From Isurus oxyrinchus (lineage: Eukaryota): 64,000 nucleotides of DNA. The position numbers and the translations under genes were made by a program. The DNA lies in NCBI GenBank assembly GCA_026770705.1, contig JANJGN010000026.1, positions 40,052,001-40,116,000 on the forward strand. Direction: 5' to 3'. This document shows, one piece after another, positions 23,381 to 34,934 of this stretch. Every line of letters begins with the position of its first letter. Within the stretch, counting starts at the first letter, position 1. A model generated the notes under the pieces. That model was not told where the DNA came from. It ran no database searches and saw only the letters and a list, made by a program, of their open reading frames with translations.

Positions 23381-24008
23381 GACTGTTATCACACATCGGA
23401 CCCATTTGTCAGGAGCTGAAATCAATAATAACAATAATACCACGTTCGAAAATGATGTAACTCTGTCTCTCTATGAGAACTGCTGTACTTTCACATTCAT
23501 TCCATACTGGGCAGAATAGGATGAATACAGGCATATCAGGATGAGTAAGTTATTCAGTAATAAAGGGAATCCACGTCAGCAACCTCGGATAAAACTGGGC
23601 CTGAATCTATGGGCAGCTGCGTTAGTCTGAGGTAATTTACAACAAGTATCAATGGCCTGAAATGTTTAATGTAAAGACTGGAAGAAGAGAATGGCTGAAA
23701 TTATTCATAACGAGTGAAGGCAGAGACTGAGAAAGAACAAGTCGGCAGGGACGGGCATCCAAGGAAAAGAAAGGTGTGTAAAAGCACCACAGATCGATTC
23801 ACGATGTTCATTTTTCTTATAGGCTCGAGTTGAAATCGCATGTTGATATTACTGCTGAAGTGGTCATTGTTGGATCTTGGAGGGGGTTGTGTTTTGTTGC
23901 AATTTTGCGATGGTCCCTGAGACTCTCGCTGTGGAGGCGGGATTATTTAATCTGTTTATTGGTGTCAGAGCACCTTCTGCTGAGCACTAACTGGAACTCT
24001 CGGTGTTA

Positions 24009-24048
24009 GGTTTTTGTACTGGATCCGCTATATCTCTGCAGCAGTGTG
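24009..24048 (-). other. RSS with 24-nt spacer
   Basis: CACACTG-24-ACAAAAACC; CTCF-like motif at 23968-23984. Confidence 0.9.
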
Positions 24049-24547
24049 GGTTGCGTGGCACAGAAATATACCGCACTGTCAGAGATCAGGACGTTGCAGA
24101 TCATTAGCTCGGTAACCTTAGCTGTTTTATTCAACGTAGCTGAAAAGCGGTCGGGAATGTCGGTGTGTCTGTTTACCTCCCCTCCCAGGATACGGAGCAT
24201 GTACTTTGGAGGCTGCCCAAGGCGCTGACTGTACCAGTACACATAAGGGTTAGAATCGCTTGTTTTCAAGGTGCAAGTTAGGGTAGCATTTCTTTCTTCT
24301 TCCGCCCTTATTTCAGCAACCCGTTGTTCCACTGTGTCTGGGTGGCTCCATTCTAACGTGAAAATATAGTAAAAACAACAATTAGCCTCAGCCTCATTTT
24401 AATCAACATAATCATCATCATCAGTTTTTTCTTACCAACAATAGCATCTGGGCTACATTGTCAGGAGGAGAATCTAGTTTTTCCAGGAAGGAAATACTTA
24501 CTGAGAAGTGAGATAATGATGAGGAGCGGAGCGAGACGGTTCCCCAT
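24049..24547 (-). CDS. TRAV/TRDV: Intact TCR alpha/delta V segment (leader 24502-24547, exon 24049-24352)
   Basis: MGNRLAPLLIIISLL|K WSHPDTVEQRVAEIRAEEERNATLTCTLKTSDSNPYVYWYSQRLGQPPKYML...DRFSATLNKTAKVTELMICNVLISDSAVYFCAT; GT-AG phase-1 intron; no stops. Confidence 0.93.
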
Positions 24548-25584
24548 TATACCTCCTGAGTCTGTGACTTTGCGGTGTGAGAAATCCTCTATCGGAGCAG
24601 AAATACAGATCCCCGTCCCACTGCACTGCTGATCCAACCAATGACAGGAAAGGACCAGCTGCAGCAAACTTTCCAATAACACAATCGTTCCGAGCAAAAT
24701 GAGCAAACGGAAGCTATGGGCGGGATACCGCAGACTCAGTATTGAGTGAAGTGTGCGGTGACTCTCAGCTGCACATGGAACTGGTGGAGCGGAAATAGCG
24801 ACGGTTGAATCTGCAGAATTCTCTGACCATCCTGCACCTGCTCACTGTTCCACTGACTGAGAACAAACAAGATGGGAGGGACAGGAAGGGCTTAGAATCT
24901 TAGAGGAAGGACTGAGGCAATTCGGCCAATCATGTCTAGGCCTCATTGAAAGAGTTATGTAATTCATCTTTCGTCCCCGCATGTCCCACAGAGCCGGATA
25001 TTTTGCAGTGGTTCCAGCTCTAAAAAAGTGGCAGTGTAGTAGTGAATATAATCTTTCCCTATCTTTTTTGTTCTCAAAATGGTGGCCTTGTATTTTCGAA
25101 TTTTCTGCTAATGGAAACAGTTATATGCAATCCAATACATCCAACTTCTTATCATTTTCAATATTTCGATTAAATGTGTCCTTTAATAATTTGGCAGAAG
25201 AAGGCTAACATCAGTTTCTCTAGCCTTCTCACATTGAAGGCCGTCAGCCCCCAGTCTACTTTCTCCAATATTTTGACATTCATGTAAATGGCATTTCTTT
25301 GGCGGCTAAACAGTGATTTACAAAGGATTATCATTACTTTCCGCCATAAACATCAACAAAGATAAGGACCGAGTCTGATTAGATCCAATTTGGATTTCTG
25401 AGAGAACAGACCTGACATTGGTGTTTTGACATGTGAATCAGTAAACCCGAAATCCACCCGATGGCCCCAGTTCTCAACCGGATTGAACAGAATCCGCCAG
25501 CAGAGGGCGCCACACCAAAGCGTGCTAATTATAAAGGCACGTGTCACCAACGCCACAGCCAATAAGGATGGTATCCTGAGTGAA

Positions 25585-25870
25585 GTCTCTCAGAGTAAGG
25601 GGTCGCGAATTTAAGACAGAGATGAAGAGAAATTTCTTCTCTCAGAGGATGGTGAATCTGTGGAATTGTTTACCACAGAGGGCTGAAGAGGCTGGCTCGT
25701 TAAATATATCCAAGGCTGAGATGGACAGACGTTTAATCAGTAAGGGAATCAAAGGTTATGGGGAAAAGGTAGGAAAGCGGAGGTGCGGATTATCAGATCA
25801 GCCATGCCCTAATTGAATGGCGGAGATGGCTCGATGGGCCGAATGGCCTACTTCTGCTCTTTTGGTTTTT
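25585..25870 (+). mobile_element. CR1 3' fragment inserted into a V promoter
   Basis: RGREFKTEMKRNFFSQRMVNLWNCLP; splits the promoter at the TGAG|GTC element seen intact at 9355-9370. Confidence 0.85.
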
Positions 25871-26000
25871 TGGTCGCGATGGGCCTGGCCCCCTGCAGTG
25901 TGTGGAATGAACAATGAGATGAACAGAGCCCGGGTTTCAGCTCTCCTTCTCAATCCCTGGATCATTCCATTCACATTCACTGAGAGAGATTCACTCAGAC

Positions 26001-26491
26001 GTGTTTCTGATAATACTGGCAGTTGTGTTCGACAGTAAGTACTGGATTATGTTTATCATTAGCAGATTGATCCAAACAGCTTGTACTGGGAATTAATGTA
26101 GGTAACGATAGTTTGGTAAATGGGAATTTACGCACACTCATAGACCTGATACAAATTTAGGCCTCTCTTTAAGCTCCTGCTCTTTTCTTAATCTATCTTC
26201 ACAGACGGACTTGTCCAGATCCAGTAACTCATTCACCAGTGACATTAACTGCGCTAGTTATGTACAGTATACAATGGTATCGGCAGAAGCCGGCACACCC
26301 TTCAAGTTCGGTAATCAGCAAGCAAATAGGACTGAAAATTGATGAAATCTCAGGACGATATCTGGCGGCTGCTCACGAGTCTAAGAAGTCTGGTTATCTC
26401 AATATAAGAGGCCTGAGTGTGGAGGACGGAGCAGACTATTGTTGTGCTGTGAGGCCGTGTCAGATATAAGCCGAAAACCCGCCCAGAAACC
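26001..26491 (+). pseudogene. TCR V pseudogene (DPVTQSP family)
   Basis: ATG>GTG leader VFLIILAVVFD|gtaagt; deletion removes Cys23 region; WYRQKPA...SGRYLAAA...SVEDGADYCCAVR; heptamer damaged. Confidence 0.9.
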
Positions 26492-26539
26492 TCAGCGAGT
26501 AAGTTAAGTGTTTCTGATGTCGAAGTAGGACTTTAGTTT

Positions 26540-26845
26540 GTTCCCGGGCTCACAGAGAGCAAAACCTGACAGGTTTGCTTTGAAACATTTGTATTGCTGC
26601 CTTTGGCCTTGTCGAAATCAGCAGACAGCCGGCCTGGAAAATTTTGAATCTCGGCTCCATGGCCCGAGTTATAACTCTTCAGTAAATATCTCGGAGCTTA
26701 CCCAGCAAATTGATGTACCAGCAGATGCAGAGAAAGCTCACAGATATGGAGTAACTATAGCTGATCATTACGGTCTGTTGTTACACACAGTTAACTCAAA
26801 GGGATCCAGGGACAATTGCTCGACAATACTCATTGCTGTAACAAA
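26540..26845 (-). pseudogene. Decayed TCR V pseudogene
   Basis: SLDPFELTV...ISYSYSISVSFLCICWYINL...APRYLLKSYNSG...GRLSADFDKAK; paralog of 8350-8660. Confidence 0.7.
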
Positions 26846-27024
26846 GCAAAGTGTGTCAAAATCTGGGATTGAATTTAACACATGAAATAGACTATAATTC
26901 TTTAAATATTGAATCACCAAGCAGCATGTCCATTATCAAAAAGCACCATAGAGGCCACGTCCTGCCTGGTATAGACTTCAACAGAAAGTAACTAAATTTC
27001 AAACGAATGTTGAGGTGAATGGGT

Positions 27025-28140
27025 GAGGTGACATCAGGGCAGCAGTTGACTAAGTGTGGCATCAAGGAGCAGTAGCAATACGGGCGTCAATGGGAATCAG
27101 GAAGGAAACACTCCGCTGGTTGGAGTCGTACCAAGCAGAAAGGAAGATGGTTGTGGTTGTTGCCGGATGATCACTGCAGGAGTTCCTAACGTAGAGTCCA
27201 CGGCCCAACCGTCTTCAGCTGCTTCATCAATGACTTTCCTTCCATCATAAGGTGAGGAGTGGGGGTGTTCGCTGATGATAGCATAATGTTCAGCACCATT
27301 TGTGACTCTTTAGATACTGAAGCAGACCATGTTCAAATGCAGCAAGACTTGGACAATATCCAGGCTTGGACTGACAAGTGGCAAGTAACATTCGCACCAC
27401 ACAAGTGCCAGGCAATCACCATCTCCAGCAAGAGAGAATCCAACCATTGTCCCTTGATGTTCAATGGCATTACAATCACTGAGCCCCCAGTATCAATATC
27501 CCGGGGGTTACCATTGACCAGAAACTGAACTGCACTGGCCATATAAATACAGTGGCTAAAAGAACAGACCAGGGTCTAGGAATCCTGCGGCAAGTAACTC
27601 ACCTCCTGACTCCCTGTCCACCATCTACTAGACACAAGTCAGAAGTGTGATGGAATGCTCACCCATTGCCTGGATGTGTGCAGCTCCCACAGCACTAAAG
27701 AAGCTTGACACCGTCCAGGACAAAGCAACCCACTTTATTGGCACCCCATCCACAATCATTCACCCCCTCCACAACCGACGAACAGTTGCAGCTGTGTGTA
27801 CCATCTCCAAGATGCACAGAAGGAATTCACCAAGGCTGCTTAGGTAGCACCTTCCAAACCCTCGAATACTACCATCTAGAAGGACAAGGGCAGTAAAAGC
27901 ATGGGAACAGCAGCATCTGGGAATTTCCCCTCCAAGGAATTCACCATCCTGACCTGGAAATATATCGCTGTTCCTTCACTGCCGCTGGGTCAAAGCCCTG
28001 GAACTCGTTCCTTAACAGCACTGTGGGTGTACCTACACCACGGACTGCAACGGTTCAAGAAGGCAGCTCACCAGCACATTCTCAAGGGGAATTAGGGATG
28101 CGCAATGCATTTTGGCCTGGCCAGCATCCTGTAAAATGAA
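27025..28140 (+). mobile_element. L2/CR1-group LINE RT fragment with 3' tail
   Basis: FADD RT motif: VGVFADDSIMFSTI...QQDLDNIQAWTDKWQVTFAPHKCQ. Confidence 0.9.
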
Positions 28141-28726
28141 CAAAAGTCACAATTTAGCGTCGTTCAAGGTAATACAATAATGGGAAGTACAGTCTAGCAG
28201 AAGATAACGGATCTGGATAATGGATGTATGAAATATTGCTGTCAGAAATAGTGATCACGCTCACATGTGGGAAAAAGTAAGATATCCAAGGGTACAATCC
28301 CTAAAGTGAAGCTCAGATTCATGTGTCGGATGCTATCCATTTGTATAAAACAACTGTCAGAAGATTCAAGCCAAGATAGCCACCGGCTGAAGGAATCGCC
28401 GTTGTGTATCAAACAGCCCAGCACCAGTTACACTGAGCGAGCCAGATTCGAGGCTCTGGGACTTGTGTTGAAGCTGAGAGGGAGCTTCGGCATTCATGGT
28501 GTCTGAGGTTGAAGGCTGCGAATGCGCCAGACCATCCATTATGTGACGTAAGTCTGTGGTCTGCGTGACATCACCTTGTAATCTTTGTGACATCCAACAA
28601 TCAGTGTGATGTCAGTCGGTCTGGGTTGAGGGTCAGAAACATCTTTCCAGAAGCTGATCTGGATATTGAGACCTCAGTTTAAGGGAATTAAAAGCTGATC
28701 AGAAGCAGGAAAGGCGGTCTAACCTG

Positions 28727-28971
28727 CAGATTCATTTGGTGATGGATCAGTCAGACGGATCGGAATCTGCAGCTTGTTTTCTCGGCCTCTGTTGCAAACA
28801 GTTGGTGACAGTTTCTCCGAGGTGAATGCGGTTTCATCTGGGTTCGTGTTTGAGCGGCTGACAGCGCCGATGAACATTGTGGCTGCACATGCCCTGGATT
28901 CTGTACAAACCCCATCTGGCAGGAGCTGTCAGACAAAGTGCGAAGAACGGAGATGAGACTGCTTTCCATCA
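28727..28971 (-). other. Orphan RSS spacer and 3' flank of the 2.5-kb V family; V exon absent
   Basis: Spacer atggaaagcagtctcatctccgt matches atggaaaacagtctcacccctgt; homology ends inside the heptamer. Confidence 0.7.
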
Positions 28972-29702
28972 TAAACTCCAGCTGTGAGCCTTGATCCTGA
29001 TCAGCTCTTCAGAGTGCACTTTCTCCATTCAGAGAGAGGTGTGACTGCTTGAATGGTGCTGTTGCTATTTTCCTGCCTCGCCGATTGCCTGAAAATATGA
29101 GTAAGACTGCCCCTGTAAATGCAGCCTGACCGGGACAAGCCAGTACTAGGATAAAACATAGTTCACCCCATGTAATATCACAGATTATGCTTAAAGCAGC
29201 CACTTCTCTTCCATCTAATCATTCGAGGAGTGACAAAATCTCCATGACTCAGATCTGAAATCCGTACGCAAACAGGAAAACCTGACTGGAGGTTGATTAA
29301 AATTGAAATATTGGTTCGGATATGAGACGAACTGTGTTTGTTCCATAATTACCTTTTCGAAATGCTTCACTTCTCCCCCGTCCCCCAGCACCATTTGAAC
29401 CCAGTTGCTGGGTGGCTACATTGTGCTCGGGGCTTATTTTAAAGGATGAAAACACAACCTGATGAAATGTCTTCATTTTCTTTACATTGTTTCTGAACCA
29501 GCAAAATATTCTCATCAAATAGACATGATGTGCCGGCTTTGACAAAGGGACCTAGAAGGAGAGAGTGAAGATGGGGATAGGGCTGCTTAAGAGTTCAGAC
29601 AGGCGAGGAAAAATCATCGAAAGTCTAAATGTGAATTAGCGCAACACAAATTTATTCATGGAATTCATTTTTAGCATATTTGAAAGTTAAAGCCAACTAA
29701 TA

Positions 29703-29840
29703 TAAGTTCTGATGAAGAGTCATACGGACTCAAAACTTTAACTGTATTCTTCTGCGCAGATGCTGTCAGGCCTGCTGAGTATTTCCAGGTATTTTTGTTT
29801 TTGTTTCAGATTTCCAGCATCCGCAGTATTTTGCTTTTAT
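29703..29840 (+). mobile_element. Penelope terminal fragment
   Basis: ctgatgaagagtcatacggactc...gatgctgtcaggcctgctgagtatttccagg...gcatccgcagtattttgc. Confidence 0.85.
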
Positions 29841-30016
29841 ACTATAATATAATTCCCCAGTTGCTGCCCGCCCGTTCTTCTTCAGCGCTGCCTTTATTTT
29901 GATATTTTATTAAAAGTTTGTGATCCTTTAAGTCCGAGCTATTGCTTCCGTTTATCGGTGTGAGTGCGCCCTCTTCTGAGCACTAACCGGAACTGGGATC
30001 CGCTGTATCTCTGCAG

Positions 30017-30441
30017 CATGGCACAGAACTATATGGCACTGTCGGAGAGGAGAACCCCGGCGATATTTAAAGGAATCATTTTATTTCCTTTGTGCAAAAC
30101 AGCTGAGAACCTGTCTGGGGAATCTGGAGACTTCTCTGCATCCCCCAAGCGATATATCTTCATTAAATATCTCGGAGCTTCCCCGGGATACTGGATGTAC
30201 CAGAACAGAGTTGAAACAGCAGCTGTCGAGTAATTACAGTTCAGTTTTATGCTCTGTCCTTCCAGAACCGTTAACTCAGGGGGATCTTGGGAAACTGAAT
30301 CTTTACCATTTGTTCCTGCAACAAAGCACAGAATGTATCAAATATCTGGGAGTAAAGATAACGCAATGGACACTGACCATTTAAGCATTGACTCACCGGG
30401 CAGCAAGCTATTATTAGCAGTAAGGAACATGGGGAATACAG
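30017..30441 (-). pseudogene. TCR V pseudogene (DSVSQDP family); heptamer and nonamer deleted
   Basis: GKDSVSQDPPELTVLEGQSIKLNCNYSTAAVSTLFWYIQYPGEAPRYLMK...DRFSAVLHKGNKMIPLNIAGVLLSDSAI*FCAM; leader |gtgagt; only the spacer remains. Confidence 0.92.
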
Positions 30442-31489
30442 GATGACAGGATTAGAGTTTGGAAGATGTAAGATATAATTGGAAATATGTTGACACTTCT
30501 GTTCTGATTGTAAAGACGAAAGTCGGATCAGGGGCAGGCTTCACTTATTGAGAAACTTAGGGGCGTGTCCCAGCGACAAGATTGGCTGGTCTCTCAGAAC
30601 TGATGACAGTTGAGCGCCAATCAATGTTCGCTGTGGACAGATTATTTCTTCTGACTTTCTCCTCCCTGTCTTTCTCGGCCTCTCCGGATCATTCTTGGTT
30701 TCGTGATCTCTCTGCCTCATTTTGCCTTTCAGTCTCCATGGATCCATATCCCCTTTCTCTGTTTCTGACCCTTTCTGACAAACACTTTCTCTGCCTCTTT
30801 CTGTTTTTCCCGTTTTGCCTGAGGTTCAGAGTGCAGAAAATCCAATTTATCCCAGTCTCCCATTTCAATGAGTTCAGAAAAGTGCTCACTTCATAGGAGC
30901 AGTTACAGTCGATAAATTATTTAACCGTAGCTCAGAGGCAACATTAAAATTAAAACAGTTATATTTAAATCCCAAATATAGCAGGCGCTCTATTGGCATC
31001 ATTTTTCTGTGTTGATATTTGAGACTCGGCATCCTATTGGAATCTCAGTTGTTTCAAATTGTTTAAAACAGGCTTATTTTAACCAGTAATGGTTGAGATA
31101 TTGAAATAAACAATGGAATCGCCAGGATTTAAAATAAAGCTTGAATTAGCCCGCGTGTATAAGGTCACCTGCACTAAAATGCATTATATTAACAAGAAGA
31201 AGAACGCGAGAAATGTGATATAATCATGTAACAGTATCGTGTTCCTTTAACTGGAGCTCCCTGGTCGTCTCTGTGCGTTTATTGCAGCGGGTATGGGCAC
31301 GATAACATGGTGTTTATGAGACTGGTCTCGTAATCCAGGAGGTCAAGTAGCTCTCGGAAATCATCCTTTCCCTATTACGTGCAACATTCTGTTATTTTTC
31401 TTTCCCTTCCTAGAATTCCTGCTTCCATTTAGAATATTGTTCATCTTGCTGCATATGTTCCCATTACTGAACCTTCATCTTTTTATTTA

Positions 31490-31845
31490 ATCATTGATGA
31501 GATGTGGGCATCGCTGGCAAGCCAGAATTTATTGCTTATCCCTAATTGCCCTTGTTGAGAGGGAATTTATGAATCAACTGCATTGTTGCAGGTCTGGAGT
31601 CACATATAGGCCAGACCAGGTAAGGGCAGCAGACTTCCTTCCCTAAAGGACATAGTGAACCAGATGGTTTTTTTATGACAATCAACAATGGTTTCATGGT
31701 CTTCATTAGACGTTTGATTCAAGAATTTTTTATTGAATTCAAATTCCACCATCTGCCATAGCGAGGTTCTAACCCGCATCCTCAGAGCATCACCAGGGGA
31801 GACCCTCGTCCTCTGGATTACTCATTCAGCGACTACGCCATCGCC
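31490..31845 (-). mobile_element. tRNA-derived SINE with L2-like tail
   Basis: Near full-length; same family as 7288 and 15430. Confidence 0.85.
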
Positions 31846-32724
31846 TCTCTCCTTCTCTCTCTCTCTTGTTTATCTCAATGTCTCGCCTTCATTTGTATCT
31901 TTCTTCCTTCATTTTCTTTCTCTCTGTCTCTCAATGTGCTCGTCCCTCAGTCTCTCACTTACAAACACGTTTGAAGAACAAGTACTTAGCTGCCCAGGCG
32001 TTGCCCTAGCCCTTCGTGATTATTTGATTCATTGAAAATATCCAAGTGTTGTTTTTGCATTAAATTCCCTGGGGACTCTTCAGGATTAGATGTCTGTTAC
32101 TGTTGCAGAAAAGGAGATTAGTCAAATGGGCGCAGCAACAACACAAGACATGTACATTCCTGGCCATAACAGGCCTCTAAATCTCTCTATTTTATATCAG
32201 GACATTCGTTTCCAAAACCAAATGCGGTTTCTACTCATTTTCCAGGCTCCAATTACATTCATCATAAATCGGAGCATCAAACCAGTTGATGTGCTCAGTC
32301 CCCATCAGACACAATATTTGCCTATCCTTGTATAAAAGTATACTGTGGATGCTCTAACATAAAATTTTAAAAGTGCTTTAAGACACGGCAGGTCTGGAAG
32401 CATCTGTGGAAAGGGAAACAGATTAAAGCTTTGATTCGAATTTAACTCTTCTTTGGAACTCCGAGTTGGCCCAACAGCCTTTCCTGAGCTATAGGAGATA
32501 GTTGTATCTTTTACTGAAAAGGAAAAATGTGAAACCTGGCTCCAGAGGGCATGTCAGTGCGAAAAATATACCAGCGTTCGATTGTTCCCTTGCTCTTGTT
32601 GACGATGTGAAATATGTTTATCAAAAAAATATATTTGATTGTAAATCTCAATGACCCCAAATTAAATCAATTCTCCAGCAATATTCCTGATCCAGCGAGT
32701 GCAGAAACCAGCAAAACACAATGA

Positions 32725-33140
32725 ATGGAATTACAGCTTCTGGTTTTGATTTTAGGTGAGGATTTTGTGGAGAATAGTTTTTGCCATTAGAACATGTTTC
32801 TTATCTTCTGTATCAGAAGTTATCAACGGAGAGACTGTGATCAACCAGTCACAGCGGATCTTTACAGAAGAGGGACAATCGATTGAATTGCAGTAAAATG
32901 CAATCACCAGGGCCCCTGAGAGTATTCACTGGTACAGAATACGACAGAATCGTGGCCTGTAATTTATCAGGTCAGCTGTTAGCAGATGCACCACAGGCAG
33001 ATTCTTCAACATATTCATTTACCCAACAAGAAGTTATTACATTCCCGGTAGGGACAGCACCGTGGACCCAGAAGCTGGGGTGTATTACTGTGCATTGAGG
33101 CACTGAGAGATAAAACAACCATTCCGAGCTGACAACCTCC
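32725..33140 (+). pseudogene. TCR V pseudogene; leader 32725-32755, exon 32817-33100
   Basis: MELQLLVLIL|gtgagg; EVINGETVINQSQRIFTEEGQSIELQ*N...IHWYRIRQNRGL*FI...EAGVYYCALR; degenerate RSS starting CACTGAG. Confidence 0.85.
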
Positions 33141-33419
33141 ACAACGGCCACTGCTCTCCTCAGTGTGCTGACTCCTTTGTGAACTACAGGTCCACAGACG
33201 CCATCCATTCTGCAGGGACAGGGTTAATAGGATCAGCTGAAGCCTGTTACTGTTTCACTGCTATCGTTTTCTCTTCATGTTGTTAACCATCAGCTCTTGA
33301 TGGTTGGGTTGGGAATGATAAACCAAATTAAACTCATCACTGCGATGTTGCTGCAGGTCTGAGCTGGCAACAGTGTTTGGTTCAATCACTTCAGTTGCAG
33401 GCGGAGATCAATGAACAAG

Positions 33420-33530
33420 TACAGCAGCGGAGGAGTCCATCAATACACCATACAGCAGAGGAGGAGTCAAACAATACACCATAAAGCAGAGGAGGAGTCC
33501 AACAACGCACCATACAGCAGAGGCCGAGTC
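33420..33530. repeat. ~31-bp minisatellite, ~4 copies
   Basis: acagcagaggaggagtccaacaatacaccat units. Confidence 0.85.
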
Positions 33531-34204
33531 ATTTTGCCCCATTGTGCTTGAGTTTCCTCTTCGCATGGGCTATCCAATTAATCCCACGTCTCCGCTTTTT
33601 CCCCAAACCTCCAAAAATTGCTCCTTTACATGTTTGAAACATTATTCAGTTATTTCATTCAGAAAAAGAATGAAAGAAACATATTCTGAAATAGAGGCAT
33701 TCATTTCAAATACACGTTGTTTTATTATAATAGTTACGATGAACAATCGAGATATTGTAATGTAAAGGTATGGTAAAAATATTTCACTGAGCAGATCCCC
33801 ACAGTTTCTCTGATCCCATCTGCAGCTTGCACTCTCCCATTCTGCTCAAGCCTATCAGTCAGGCAGCCCCCATTTCATTCATATGATAAGTGGAATTGGT
33901 CTAAGTGACCATGTCGCTTTAGTCAAAGCCTTCAGAGCGCACTGGTCCTCTATATCCACCTTTATATTAGGTGGTGTTTGTCTAATTCAACACGGCATTT
34001 TATTCAAATTCTTCTGGGTACACTGGTCCTCTATACCAACATTTCTATTAGCTGTGGGTAGCTGCACTGATCAGCTCTTTTAATGGGAGGCTCCGGCACT
34101 GCTACCAGCACAATATGGACTATTTCCGTTCACTCCATCCACCTCAGAGACTGAAACAGTTGGAGGGAAAACATTGTGTTGAATTCCTGTCCAGTTCCCT
34201 GTTC

Positions 34205-34335
34205 CATTGATTGCTGGCCGCTCGGATGTCATAAATTGGAGGATAAAGGAGCTCTCAGCTGATTGGACGAATAACAGAATAAAGGATTTGATTGGTCCAC
34301 CTGCTGACTCTGTCAGGAATGAACCAATCGGCAGA
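34205..34335 (+). promoter_or_regulatory. Multi-CCAAT V promoter
   Basis: Three ATTGG plus CCAATC; architecture repeated at 41040-41175, 50755-50845 and 62240-62335. Confidence 0.65.
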
Positions 34336-34422
34336 GACACAGGATGTTGCTCAACGTTAACCCAACTCTTCACGAAAACAATTTCAGGTTCTATTCAAAT
34401 CCGGCTTCAACTGTCTGCAAGC

Positions 34423-34934
34423 ATGTCGGTTATTACTTTTTATTCGTTCCTCACAACTGCAGCTCTCGTAACTGGTAAGCTTACAGCTGCAAAATCTCCT
34501 TGCAGGCAATGTGTTCTATGTTCACTATGTTTTGTCTCTGTTTCTAATGTGCCCCGTCACCTGATGATATTAAGTATATTAAAATGATGATAAAAGCTTA
34601 ACGTTCTGTATTTCTAAATTTCTACAGGTGTTAATGGTGCAGAGTCGGTATCACAGGAGCCGCTTATAGCGAAACATTTCGAAGGACAATCGGTAACCAT
34701 TAATTATAGCTACTCGGGCACTTATAGCTCATATTCCTTACAACTGTACCGTCAGGACCAGGATAAAGCCCCCAAATTCTTGATCTACATCCGTAACTAC
34801 GGGGATGTTGTCAGAGCAGAGGGCATAGGGATTCGATTTTCTGCATCGATCGACACTTCGAAAAGTGAGGGGAATTTCACCATCCGTGACTTGCTGCTGT
34901 CTGACAGCGCGGTGTATTACTGCGGGCTGAGAGA
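34423..34934 (+). CDS. TRAV/TRDV: Intact non-canonical TCR alpha/delta V (C23Y, W41L); leader 34423-34474, exon 34628-34934
   Basis: MSVITFYSFLTTAALVT|GVNGAESVSQEPLIAKHFEGQSVTINYSYSGTYSSYSLQLYRQDQDKAPKFLIYIRNYGDVVRAEGIGIRFSASIDTSKSEGNFTIRDLLLSDSAVYYCGLR; canonical splice sites; no stops. Confidence 0.93.

Noticed and set aside
33420-33530. CRISPR-like repeat
   Set aside because: Eukaryotic minisatellite with no unique spacers.
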